This document shows positions 42,081 to 51,135 of a stretch of DNA of 64,000 nucleotides, in pieces (the first letter of the stretch is position 1; the number at the start of each line of letters is the position of its first letter). The position numbers were made by a program, and so were the translations under genes. Where the stretch lies: contig OZ244650.1 of NCBI GenBank assembly GCA_965218785.1, positions 768,001 to 832,000 on the forward strand, written 5' to 3'. A model generated the notes under the pieces. It was not told the origin of the DNA, searched no databases, and saw only the letters and a program-made list of their open reading frames with translations. The stretch is from Nitrosopumilus sp. (GTDB lineage Archaea; Thermoproteota; Nitrososphaeria; Nitrososphaerales; Nitrosopumilaceae).

Positions 42081-43073
42081 TTGAACGACACTAATAAATC
42101 AAAAGATGCAGAAGACATTTTATCAGAGTTTGATTCTAGAACCAAGCTTGCATCAGAGCCAGAATCCGATCCGGAACCCGAATCTGAGATAGAGCCAGAA
42201 TCCGATCCAGAGCCAGAATCCGATCCAGAACCAGAATCTGAGACAGAGCCAGAATCTCGGCCAGAAGCAACATCCGAACCAAAAGCAGTATTTCATTCAG
42301 AACCAGAAACTGCACAAGCCTCCGAATCAGAACCTGATACTGCACAAGCTTCCGAATCAGAACCAGAGACTGCACTTGCATCAGAACCAAAGGCAACATT
42401 TCAATCAGAACCAGAAACCGCACAAGCCTCCGAATCAGAACCAGAAACCGCACAAGCATCAGAACCAGAAACCGCACAAGCCTCCGAATCAGAACCAGAA
42501 ACCGCACAAGCATCAGAACCAGAAACTGCACAAGCTTCCGAATCAGAACCAGAAACCGCACAAGCTTCCGAATCAGAACCAGAAACCGCACAAGCTTCCG
42601 AATCAGGACTAGAAACTGCACTTGAATCAGAACCAAACACAACATTTCAATCAGAACCAGAAACTGCACAAGCCTCCGAATCAAAACCAGAAACCACACT
42701 TGAAACCGATTCCAAAACCGCACAAACATCCGAATCAGAACCGGAAACCACCATTGAATCTAAACCCCTTGACGAATCTGCCGACTCCACCAAACCTGTA
42801 GAAGACCGTAATGTAATCTTCATTGGTACAAAACCAATAATGGCTTACGTATCGGCAACTTTGACTCAACTCTCAACACGAAAAACTGTGACCATTCAGG
42901 CCAGGGGAAGAAAAATCACGCAGGCAGTTGATGTATCACAAATGATTGTTAAAAGAATGGATTTTGTAGGCTATGTAATCAGTGATGTAAGAATTTCATC
43001 TGCTTCCCTTACCTCTCAAGATGGAAAACAACGTAATGTATCTGTAATAAAAATTGACATTTCAAAAAATTAG
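42081..43073 (+). CDS. Alba DNA/RNA-binding protein with long acidic repeat N-terminus
   Basis: C-terminal IFIGTKPIMAYV...IQARGRKITQAVDV...RNVSVIKI (Alba domain). Confidence 0.88.
   Translation: MNDTNKSKDAEDILSEFDSRTKLASEPESDPEPESEIEPESDPEPESDPEPESETEPESRPEATSEPKAVFHSEPETAQASESEPDTAQASESEPETALASEPKATFQSEPETAQASESEPETAQASEPETAQASESEPETAQASEPETAQASESEPETAQASESEPETAQASESGLETALESEPNTTFQSEPETAQASESKPETTLETDSKTAQTSESEPETTIESKPLDESADSTKPVEDRNVIFIGTKPIMAYVSATLTQLSTRKTVTIQARGRKITQAVDVSQMIVKRMDFVGYVISDVRISSASLTSQDGKQRNVSVIKIDISKN
42150..42770 (+). repeat. Coding tandem repeats: 18-bp EPESDP units, then 30/36-bp (SE)SEPETAQA units
   Basis: Recurrent TCAGAACCAGAAAC(C/T)GCACAAGC(C/T)TCCGAA; unit lengths keep frame. 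Confidence 0.92.
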
Positions 43074-43293
43074 TTTAAGAAATTTAATATTTGCCGTAAC
43101 TGGAATTTTGATTGTTGGCATTCTCATTAGTTATTCTGATGAATCTTGCGGCATACAGCACATGATGATTTTAAATAAAATCAATTCATATGAAAAATCC
43201 CTTGATCCGGAGGCATGTGAGACCATAGTTGAGAAAATAGATCTGTTTAATCCTTCATGTGAGCCACAAATGGAAATTTTAGACTGCGGTTAG
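43054..43293 (+). CDS. Small membrane-anchored protein with four Cys
   Basis: TM helix then SCG...DPEAC...SCEP...DCG. Confidence 0.65.
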   Translation: MTFQKISLRNLIFAVTGILIVGILISYSDESCGIQHMMILNKINSYEKSLDPEACETIVEKIDLFNPSCEPQMEILDCG

Positions 43294-43910
43294 AGTGATA
43301 TCTCACTCAAAAACGTAATTCCAAAATAGATCAACATCACACTCAGACCTATCATGGCTATCTTGTAATTCTTGTTAGAAAGAATTTTTGAACTTTTATC
43401 TGCAAGAAACGCCACTGCCCCCAGCCATGCAAAGTCCATCCAAATATGCAGCACAAATACGACTAGCACTCCTGCAAACGCCCACATCAACATCGCATCT
43501 GAAATTAACTTTAATCCGATCGTCAGCCACCAGATAATGAAAAACGGGTTTAATCCGGTAAATACAATTCCTGTAATCACCGCCTCTTGTTTTGGATTAG
43601 ATGGCACAAGTTCTTTTTTTCCAAGTATTCCTCTGATTTGCAATCCTGCAAATACAAAAAGCGTGATTGCACCAAAAACCGAGATTACCGTCCGGAATTC
43701 TGGAAATGCCTCTAAGGAAAACGACCCGATTCCCAGCAAAACTACCAGCGGCAACTCTACAATTGTATGACCCACTGCCATCTTGTATCCTGCCTTTGCC
43801 CCCTCCCGTAGCCCATATGATACATTTGCCGCAAAAAGTGGTCCGGGCGCCATAACTCCGGATGCTGAAACAACTATGACCAGTACTGCAAATTCAATTA
43901 TCTGAACCAT
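43290..43910 (-). CDS. LysE-family transporter
   Basis: SGVMAPGPL, GHTIVE, LNPFFIIWW. Confidence 0.9.
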   Translation of the reverse strand: MVQIIEFAVLVIVVSASGVMAPGPLFAANVSYGLREGAKAGYKMAVGHTIVELPLVVLLGIGSFSLEAFPEFRTVISVFGAITLFVFAGLQIRGILGKKELVPSNPKQEAVITGIVFTGLNPFFIIWWLTIGLKLISDAMLMWAFAGVLVVFVLHIWMDFAWLGAVAFLADKSSKILSNKNYKIAMIGLSVMLIYFGITFLSEISL

Positions 43911-43956
43911 GTCTATTTGTTGTTTTCAATCATAAAATAAAGATGATTGGAAAATC

Positions 43957-44670
43957 CTATCTATACATAGAGTCTTTGAGGTGTTTTGATTCCTCTTCTG
44001 TCTCCTTTATTCTCACTTCAGCTTTCTCTGCTTCTTTTTGCAGTGAGGGAATATCGCATGACACTCCTGGAATCAATTTAGACATTGCAAGACAAAGCTG
44101 CGTACTTGACTTGAAATCAGGACCCTTCCCATTGGTGTGGAATATTATCACAATTACATCCTGACCTGTCAAACTTCCCTCATTTAGTAATAATCCCGGA
44201 ATTCCCGGAACCGTCCCATGTTCCAAAATTTTCAAATTGGCTTTTTTGATTTTATCCCTTGCAGAATCCGTGCTTCCAATGCAGATAATTTCCTCAACGC
44301 CCTCTGTTGTCTTGACTGCAACACTGCTAATAATTAATTCAATCTTGTGTCTCTTTGCCCATTTTAGCATGGTCTTAGCTACGGTTCGATGGAATGCCTG
44401 ATCAAGTGTGAGATATGACAGGAATATCCCGACCTTTAGATTCTCGTTGGTGAAAATCCTGGTCGGATAGTTGGGCTTGCCGTTTTTAATTACGCTAATT
44501 GGCGGAAAACTATCCGAATCAATAATCCCGCTTACCTCAAACTGCGATGTGTGTACCATCGATTCAGTTGCAATCGCACTGCTGAATCCTACCGAGGGAA
44601 ACCCGTCAATAAGATACCCGCCTTCTAAATTCAGCGGTTTTAGTTCTTTTACTCTGATTCTGGGAAGCAA
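43957..44670 (-). CDS. PAC2-family proteasome assembly chaperone
   Basis: LIDGFPSVG...IA, FPP...P-x-RI, GIPGLLL, PD...L-x-KEAE. Confidence 0.88.
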   Translation of the reverse strand: MLPRIRVKELKPLNLEGGYLIDGFPSVGFSSAIATESMVHTSQFEVSGIIDSDSFPPISVIKNGKPNYPTRIFTNENLKVGIFLSYLTLDQAFHRTVAKTMLKWAKRHKIELIISSVAVKTTEGVEEIICIGSTDSARDKIKKANLKILEHGTVPGIPGLLLNEGSLTGQDVIVIIFHTNGKGPDFKSSTQLCLAMSKLIPGVSCDIPSLQKEAEKAEVRIKETEEESKHLKDSMYR

Positions 44671-44851
44671 TGATTGGTTTTTACATCCATAGAATAATAG
44701 TTTTTACCTAATTTTTTTAATTTTGTAGGATCCGAAAAGTGATTTGCCCCTAGATACGCATGATATCTCTTCTCTCCTGTCCTCTTAGTTTTCCCCTCAT
44801 TTACCCACGAGGAGCAAACCACTTTTTGGACAGAATAAAATTCTTGATTCC

Positions 44852-45351
44852 GGTTCTGTCGGGTTATCGTGATATAGACATGAAATATGGATTTTCTCCA
44901 GATCAGTTATTGTAAAGTTATTGGGAGCTAGAAATGGGCTTGGTGTGTTTTGAACCCACGTAATCCTAAGATAGCTATCTGACAAACAGCCGTGTTTAAC
45001 CTAGCTTTACTACAAGCCCATTAAATGTTAAAATACTACAAGTTAGTAATAATATTATCTGACAAACAGTATCCATAGGAATATGGCGGTGGAATGATCC
45101 AAATTAATTAATTAATTTGGAACTCCACTTTTTTCTATTCTATTCAAACTAGCATTTTGGATCAAAGTAATCCATTTATTCTTACCATCAAGGAGACCAC
45201 ATCATACCTTGGCACAGGGGTGGGAGAACAATCGAAGATAACTGCCAGATAATTTGTAAGGACTGTAATAGTAAAAAAGCAGGTAAATAAGAAATTTCAA
45301 TCTGGAGAAGATCGTTATTTCATGTCTATATCACGATAACCCGACAGAACC
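44852..45351. mobile_element. 500-bp non-autonomous IS6-like element (MITE) with 51-bp TIRs and 8-bp TSD
   Basis: TIRs 44852-44902 and 45301-45351 (GGTTCTGTCGGGTTATCG...; first 36 bp identical, 3 mismatches in 51). TTGATTCC is repeated directly at 44844-44851 and 45352-45359. No transposase inside. Confidence 0.88.
44935..45019 (-). tRNA. Atypical tRNA gene: Leu-type body with long variable arm and GTC (Asp) anticodon; possibly a pseudo-tRNA
   Basis: GGGCTTG/CAAGCCC acceptor plus A73; D loop AGCTAGGTTAA; anticodon arm GCTGT-TTGTCAG-ATAGC; variable arm ATC-TTAG-GAT; T arm GTGGG-TTCAAAA-CACAC (one mismatch); 85 nt. Confidence 0.75.
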
Positions 45352-45385
45352 TTGATTCCTAACTCTTTTTTAGTGGTGCAAATAC

Positions 45386-45529
45386 ATGAGACACATATCC
45401 GATGCAAGACAGGCAGATGATCTCACTCCTGAGGAGATCAAGGATATTGATGAGTTTTATGCAGATGACAAAGGCAGGAAAACAGTGTCTTTTGATGAAT
45501 TCATGAAAGAGCTAAAAGAAGAATCTTGA
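45386..45529 (+). CDS. 47-aa acidic putative antitoxin (RelB-like)
   Basis: MRHISDARQADDLTPEEIKDIDEFYADDKGRKTVSFDEFMKELKEES; stop overlaps a RelE-like start; paralog at 53557-53688. Confidence 0.6.
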   Translation: MRHISDARQADDLTPEEIKDIDEFYADDKGRKTVSFDEFMKELKEES

Positions 45530-45685
45530 GTGACATCTGGAATGCTGCAAGAAAGACAAAATTTCTCAAGCAATACAAAAACCTTGTTCTCAAATTCAGG
45601 AAAGTAAACCATTCAATACGGGAATTACAATCTCGGAGAATCCCACACTCTGGAAAATATAAACAGGACAAACTATTTTTGGGAA
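45526..45685 (+). pseudogene. RelE/ParE-like toxin remnant
   Basis: TTG start, SDIWNAARKTKFLKQYKNL (RelE-like N-terminal F-x-K-x-Y-K-x-L); similarity is lost afterwards. Confidence 0.45.
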
Positions 45686-45689
45686 TAAG

Positions 45690-46631
45690 CTAGTCTTTTA
45701 ATTTTGAAACAAGCGCGGCATAAATGAACGGCAGGATCGTCGTTACCTCGGCATGAAGTGTTGCCTGTTTTGCTTTTCGTGTCACCTTTCCCCAAGAGAT
45801 CGCCTCCCTGACTAGCGCACCGCTAAGGCTGCCGTCAAACTCCTGTGCCGTCGTAATGTAAAACGCATAGTCCAGCCCCTCCCTATACTGGTTCCACCAC
45901 AACGTATGGTGCTTGGAAATGCCCCCTCCAATCATAAATGCTCCTGATTTTTCAGCCTTGAAGATTAATCCAGAAAGTAAGTTTGCATCCCCTGTCATGT
46001 CTAATCTGAAATCATTGTGTTTTTGTGTAAAAAGCCAAATCTGGCTTCCTACTGCGCCATCCATTATTCCTGGAACTATTACACTGACGTCATTTTTGTT
46101 TGCCCAATAAAGAAACGAGTCCGGACCCAGGTGCCTGCCGATCATCTTGCATATTTCTGCAGTAGTCATCTCCCTTTTCCCGTTTTGATACTCTTCTTCT
46201 AAAAATGCCTGCATCTTTTCTTCAATGAGCGGTCCGTAGCTATCCATGGGCACAAGTATGTTGCCCAGTCTGTGGATGTTTTGATCAGCTAGCGCCATGT
46301 CATCCATTGCAAACGAGCCTTCCTTGTAATGTGAGAAATGCCTTGCAATATCGTGATCCAGCGCGCCACAGGTTGTTATGGCAACATCAAACCAGTTGTT
46401 TTTGATCATGTTTTTGATGATTCCCCGCTGCCCTGTTGAAACAACGGCGCCCACAAATGAGACAAATCTGAGACACTGCTTATCTGAGATCATATCAGTT
46501 AGAATCTCCAATCCGTCTGAGAGATTCACAGACTCGAATCCCCCTGACTGGGATAACTCTTCAAAGATTTTCTCTATTGATGAATTTGAATCAATTTCAA
46601 TATCCTTTACAGGTCTGCCTGGGTTTATCAT
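45690..46631 (-). CDS. dys: Deoxyhypusine synthase
   Basis: GAVVSTG-x-R, HRLGNILVP, PGIMDGAVG, GGGISKHH, FDGSLSGA...EAISWGKV, AEVT. Confidence 0.95.
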   Translation of the reverse strand: MINPGRPVKDIEIDSNSSIEKIFEELSQSGGFESVNLSDGLEILTDMISDKQCLRFVSFVGAVVSTGQRGIIKNMIKNNWFDVAITTCGALDHDIARHFSHYKEGSFAMDDMALADQNIHRLGNILVPMDSYGPLIEEKMQAFLEEEYQNGKREMTTAEICKMIGRHLGPDSFLYWANKNDVSVIVPGIMDGAVGSQIWLFTQKHNDFRLDMTGDANLLSGLIFKAEKSGAFMIGGGISKHHTLWWNQYREGLDYAFYITTAQEFDGSLSGALVREAISWGKVTRKAKQATLHAEVTTILPFIYAALVSKLKD

Positions 46632-47009
46632 GATCTGATTCGATGATACTGATATAAAATCGTGCCTTACTGTATACTGACAAACTGTGATGAATTTAAT
46701 ATTTTCAGACAGATGCAATTAGGTAATGCAGATGTATGGAGATGTCCTGGAATTGGCAATCAGATCATTATTTGCATCAGGTATTGTGGGCAGAGAGGAG
46801 AAAACCAATGTATTACAAGAAGGATGTCTGTGTTGGGATCTTTCTAAGATTCCACATTACCATAATGGGGTTCTGTAAAGTTATAGAGGCCGACTAGTCA
46901 TAATGTCTGGAATTAATAAAATGTGTAACCACTTTTCAATACATGAAAAGCAGTACACAAACCTGGGCTGTCAACTATGATTTTTGAGATGTAAGTATAA
47001 TAAAAAGTT

Positions 47010-47051
47010 ATGAATGGCTGGGAGTCGAACCCAGTTCCCCTGAGTTGACAG
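47010..47051 (-). tRNA. 3' half of a tRNA-like sequence with a CTGTCAA loop; 5' half absent
   Basis: Minus strand CTGTCAA-CTCAG-GGGAA-CTGGG-TTCGACT-CCCAG-CCATTCA; perfect T arm; no D arm or acceptor partner upstream. Confidence 0.55.
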
Positions 47052-47052
47052 G

Positions 47053-47970
47053 GTGACGGATTCTAATAGGAATACGGATTCAGAAAAAACAGAGACCATT
47101 CCAATTTACATTTGGTCAAGCAGGGATTTGGATAAAAAAAAATTGATTGCAACTGAGACAGAAACAGACACTGGAATTTTTGAGGCATCTGTATCTTTTG
47201 GAATGACTGATGATATAACTAGTCAGCAAATACAGGCATTTGAGGGGGACACACTATACACTCAATATTATAATTTTGTATCACCCACGCCATTCTCAAC
47301 ATCCCGTGAGTACAACACAGACATGGATACGACAATTATGGGATGGGCACATCCGGACTCTGTGTGGGGTGATAACTGGGCAAACATCGTGGTGCAAAAC
47401 AATGTCAAATTCATTTATGATCCCTGCATGGTTGAATTCATGGACAAAATAGGTGAGAATGATCCCGGATTTGACCTGCTTGACATACAGTACCCCACAC
47501 CACTAAAACAAATGAAATCTGGATTATACCCATTTGAGATAAAATGCAAGGATCATTTATTGCTGATCTTCAGGCATTCGGATAGTTCCCCCGTATGTGC
47601 AAGTCCGGAACATGCCATAAAATTAACTTCAAAAGCAGGCTGGACGAATAATTTTAATCCGCTTGTCCATCCGATGGCTGATTCACCGACTCTTGAATAT
47701 AGAGAAAAGTTTTGCGAGTCACACAATGGAACCTGGTCTGAGCAGTTCAATAACTGTGTTGGTGGACTCTTGAATGTGCCATGCGATAACATTGATAGAT
47801 CCGAATTGAGCCCTCCGGATATTTTCATAGGGGTATATGGAGAAACAACCTGTTCATCACATGAATTATTTTGCAGGTCCATGGGCGGGCATTCTGAATG
47901 CATGTCTTATGAACAATTAGGACACGGACGTGATGTTTGTAGTTCCATCTGTGAGTTTGATGATAAATAA
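47053..47970 (+). CDS. N-terminally truncated surface-protein-like ORF
   Basis: Starts mid-domain (VTDSNRN...ETETDTGIFE), contains PLKQMKSG...C...PVC and a Cys-rich tail; no signal peptide. Confidence 0.6.
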   Translation: MTDSNRNTDSEKTETIPIYIWSSRDLDKKKLIATETETDTGIFEASVSFGMTDDITSQQIQAFEGDTLYTQYYNFVSPTPFSTSREYNTDMDTTIMGWAHPDSVWGDNWANIVVQNNVKFIYDPCMVEFMDKIGENDPGFDLLDIQYPTPLKQMKSGLYPFEIKCKDHLLLIFRHSDSSPVCASPEHAIKLTSKAGWTNNFNPLVHPMADSPTLEYREKFCESHNGTWSEQFNNCVGGLLNVPCDNIDRSELSPPDIFIGVYGETTCSSHELFCRSMGGHSECMSYEQLGHGRDVCSSICEFDDK

Positions 47971-48295
47971 CAGTTCAAATCCCAGGTGTTGAAAGATACC
48001 TGAATGGAATCTGACTGACCTCATGAATTTTTGATAATCGCCACATCTGATGAATCTAGGTTATAGTGGATTCTAGTGATCTGATCACCAAAATGCACCA
48101 GAGCCCAGCAAAGCGTGATTTCACACCAGATCCACCCAAAAATAGATCAAACTATAAAAATAATCAAATTCAGGGTAATTTCTATATACTAATTATGACT
48201 ACTTTACTCATGGATAGATTCACTTTAATTAATTATGATATGCGGTTAATTGATTTTTATACTTTGAATTTTATCAGTAGGAGTGAAGTCAAAGC

Positions 48296-48553
48296 ATGAG
48301 TAATTCAACAAGTACTGTCAAATCTAGTTTCCTTAATCCCAAAGAACGTAAAGCATTAAAAGAATACCAGGAGTATAAAGAACTCAGAATAATTGTTACA
48401 AGACCAGTTAGGGCATTTAATGATACTGAAGCAATACTGAAAGATTTACAAGGTGAGGGACTCTCATCATTACAGAAAGAAATTGAGCGATCAAAAAAAT
48501 CTCAAACAAAAACCATTACCAGACCAAAACTCAAAAGATCGCATGTTAGATGA
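48296..48553 (+). CDS. Small basic hypothetical protein
   Basis: GGAGTGA Shine-Dalgarno upstream; overlaps the protease start. Confidence 0.6.
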   Translation: MSNSTSTVKSSFLNPKERKALKEYQEYKELRIIVTRPVRAFNDTEAILKDLQGEGLSSLQKEIERSKKSQTKTITRPKLKRSHVR

Positions 48554-49355
48554 AACTGGAAAGATCATCAAACAAATAGAAGAGATACGCAAATCAAAAC
48601 TTCTAGTTGTTATATGTCATCAGTCAATCAGTTTACAAGCAAGCTTATCAATAAATAAAATCTTGCGTAAAATCGAACATTTGGATCATTTGGATATCCT
48701 TTTGGAATCTGGAGGAGGTGATATTGATGCAGCATATAAAATTCTTAACTTATTCAAAAGTTATGCAAGTAAAATATCTGTAATAGTTCCTTTTTATGCT
48801 AAAAGTGCTGCAACGTTAATTGCCCTTGGTGCTGATGAATTAATTGTTTGTAAGGCTGGGGAATTAGGTCCTCTTGATCCTCAAGTTAGAGATCCGCAAA
48901 CTAATTCATTTGTACCTGCACATTCCATTAAGGAAGCAATGAGTTTCATAGAAGAGATTCATGATCCTGTGATGAAACTAAGTCTAACTGACAAGATTCC
49001 TGCATTATTGATTGGTGCATATAGGGCATCAGGAAAATCATGCAAGCAATATCTTGATGCAATATTCACAGAAAAAAAGATAAAAGATAAAGATAAAATG
49101 ATAAAAATATTTACAGAGAAATTTTTGTCTCATGGTTATCCAATGCACAGAGACTTTTTAGCAAAATATCCCATTAATTTGATTAAACATGATGATGTAT
49201 TGGAAGATAAATTCTCTGAATTACATGAAAAATACAGTGATTATTATAAACAATTATACCGTGATAATTCAGAGTTAGCAGGAGATTTACTACTTTTACA
49301 ATCAAATGAGCATTCTCTAGTCATGTTAGATGATGAAGAAATTGATAACACATAA
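48543..49355 (+). CDS. SDH-family ClpP-fold serine protease
   Basis: LESGGGD, AKSAATLIALGADE, ELGPLDPQ, SHGYP. Confidence 0.88.
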   Translation: MLDETGKIIKQIEEIRKSKLLVVICHQSISLQASLSINKILRKIEHLDHLDILLESGGGDIDAAYKILNLFKSYASKISVIVPFYAKSAATLIALGADELIVCKAGELGPLDPQVRDPQTNSFVPAHSIKEAMSFIEEIHDPVMKLSLTDKIPALLIGAYRASGKSCKQYLDAIFTEKKIKDKDKMIKIFTEKFLSHGYPMHRDFLAKYPINLIKHDDVLEDKFSELHEKYSDYYKQLYRDNSELAGDLLLLQSNEHSLVMLDDEEIDNT

Positions 49356-49660
49356 ACCACCAATCTTTTGTCTCCACATCTTACAACAGAAAACTCAAGG
49401 TATAGGTGATTGTTGCATATATGGATTCCTACGATAGGTAAACTATCTTAATTTGTAAATTGCAAATGTCAATTCAAAAATACATACTACAGTGAAAGTC
49501 CGTGGACAGTGAGGTTCTGGTAGATTCTAGTGATCTGATCACCCAAATGCACCAGAGCCTACAACACCCATGTCTGGATCTGAGATCATCCCTCAACTTG
49601 TACCAGAATTTTGTGCATAAAATATCAAATTTTAAATATCCATTATGATAAACATGTCAT

Positions 49661-49804
49661 ATGGCAGTAAGAGAAGTTGCACCACTTAGTCAAAGACAAT
49701 GGGATAAATTACAGGAACTTATGGCAAGAGGATCTACTAAGAAACAATTGAAAACAATTGCAGACGCTAAAGAACGTATTAAAAATATCAAAGTAGAATT
49801 TTAG
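49661..49804 (+). CDS. 47-aa putative antitoxin, copy 1
   Basis: MAVREVAPLSQRQWDKLQELMARGSTKKQLKTIADAKERIKNIKVEF; TTTAAATA box upstream; directly precedes the GNAT gene. Confidence 0.7.
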   Translation: MAVREVAPLSQRQWDKLQELMARGSTKKQLKTIADAKERIKNIKVEF

Positions 49805-49815
49805 GTTTTTAAAAA

Positions 49816-50379
49816 TTGTCCGAACAAATTGATTTCAATGATCCAAACTTGATTAGATTTCAAAGAGTAAAATCACCTGCCGATTTAGATGGATTTAACT
49901 CTGATGTTGTTGAGTTTAATGAATACATTGGTCCGGAGATTGCTTTTGATCTAGAACACAGCATTACACGGGCTTACTTGATTAGAGTTGAAGAGGACGT
50001 TGTAGGATATATTGATTTATCCATGGCTCATCTTAAAAATAATGCAACTCCTGCCATAGCAGATAAACAAATTAAAAGCAATGTTCCGGCAATATTGATT
50101 AGTCATTTGGCTGTAGATGTCGTATTTCAAGGACACGGTGTTGGGAGATTCCTTTTAAAATTGATTATTGATAAATTGATTCCGAAATTAAAAAAAATGG
50201 CAGGATGCAGATATGTAATATTGAATCCAAGAGATGATCAAGGTGTCCGAGATTTTTATATAAATTGTAAATTTGAGTATGTTAAAAAACTCAAAGATGA
50301 CAGAAAACCTGATAATGAATTGGATTTTTGTTTGTTTGATTTGATAGGTATTAAAGAGGAAGATGAGGAATACACCTAG
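49816..50379 (+). CDS. GNAT acetyltransferase, TA-toxin type (TacT/AtaT-like)
   Basis: VVGYI, VPAILISHLAVD-x-x-FQGHGVGRFLL, GCRYVIL, DFY. Confidence 0.85.
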   Translation: MSEQIDFNDPNLIRFQRVKSPADLDGFNSDVVEFNEYIGPEIAFDLEHSITRAYLIRVEEDVVGYIDLSMAHLKNNATPAIADKQIKSNVPAILISHLAVDVVFQGHGVGRFLLKLIIDKLIPKLKKMAGCRYVILNPRDDQGVRDFYINCKFEYVKKLKDDRKPDNELDFCLFDLIGIKEEDEEYT

Positions 50380-50718
50380 AAAAATCCGTGAACTAAAAAC
50401 CATCAAAAAACTAGAGAGGTTAATGGCTTTACCCAAGACCCCTGAATAATAAAATCAAAATATCCTGAAAATAAATCACAAACTGTTTTGCCACACATTA
50501 CAAGAAATTTTTCACGACAACACAACGACTGATGCAAAACAGTGATCTGAGCACCAAAATGCAAAGTCCATGGTTTGGTGGATTCTAGTGATCTGATCAC
50601 CAAAATGCACCAGAGCCTACAACACCATGTCTGGATCTGAGATCATCCCTTCACTTATGCCTGATTTTTATACATAAAATGCCAAAATTTTAAATATCCA
50701 TTATGATAAACATGTCGC

Positions 50719-50862
50719 ATGGCAGTAAGAGAAGTTGCACCATTTGATGAAAAACAATGGAAACAATTACAGAAAAGTATGGCAAGAGGACCTACTAAGA
50801 AACAGTTGGAAATGATTGCAGACGCTAAAGAAAGTACCAAAAACATCAAAGTAGAATTTTAG
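50719..50862 (+). CDS. 47-aa putative antitoxin, copy 2
   Basis: MAVREVAPFDEKQWKQLQKSMARGPTKKQLEMIADAKESTKNIKVEF. Confidence 0.68.
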   Translation: MAVREVAPFDEKQWKQLQKSMARGPTKKQLEMIADAKESTKNIKVEF

Positions 50863-50873
50863 GTTTTTAAAAA

Positions 50874-50990
50874 TTGTCCGAACAAATTGATTTCAATGAT
50901 CCAAACTTGATTAGATTTCAAAGAGTAAAATCACCTGCCGATTTAGATGGATTTAACTCTGATGTTGATGAGTTTAATGAATACATTGGT
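50874..50990 (+). pseudogene. Truncated GNAT copy
   Basis: Near-identical to 49816-49932; cut at the palindrome starting at 50988. Confidence 0.85.
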
Positions 50991-51135
50991 TCTGGTGGAT
51001 TCTAGTGATCTGAGCACCAAAATGCACCAGAGCCTACAACACCATGTCTGGATCTGAGATCATCCCTCAACTTATGCCATATTTTTATACATAAAATGCC
51101 AAAATTTTAAATATTCATTATGATAAACATGTTGC

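Noticed and set aside
42136-42729. Antisense and alternate-frame repeat ORFs over the Alba repeat
   Set aside because: By-products of frame-preserving tandem repeats; the Alba-containing frame explains the region.
45083-45230. CCA-ending stretches inside the MITE (reverse CCACCGCCA and CCCACCCCTGTGCCA) as extra tRNA 3' ends
   Set aside because: No intact T arm or acceptor pairing could be built.
48059-51100. 47-bp repeats as a CRISPR array
   Set aside because: Spacing is irregular and mostly hundreds of bp or more, and the intervals hold genes and duplicated sequence rather than unique 30-45-bp spacers; no cas operon is present.
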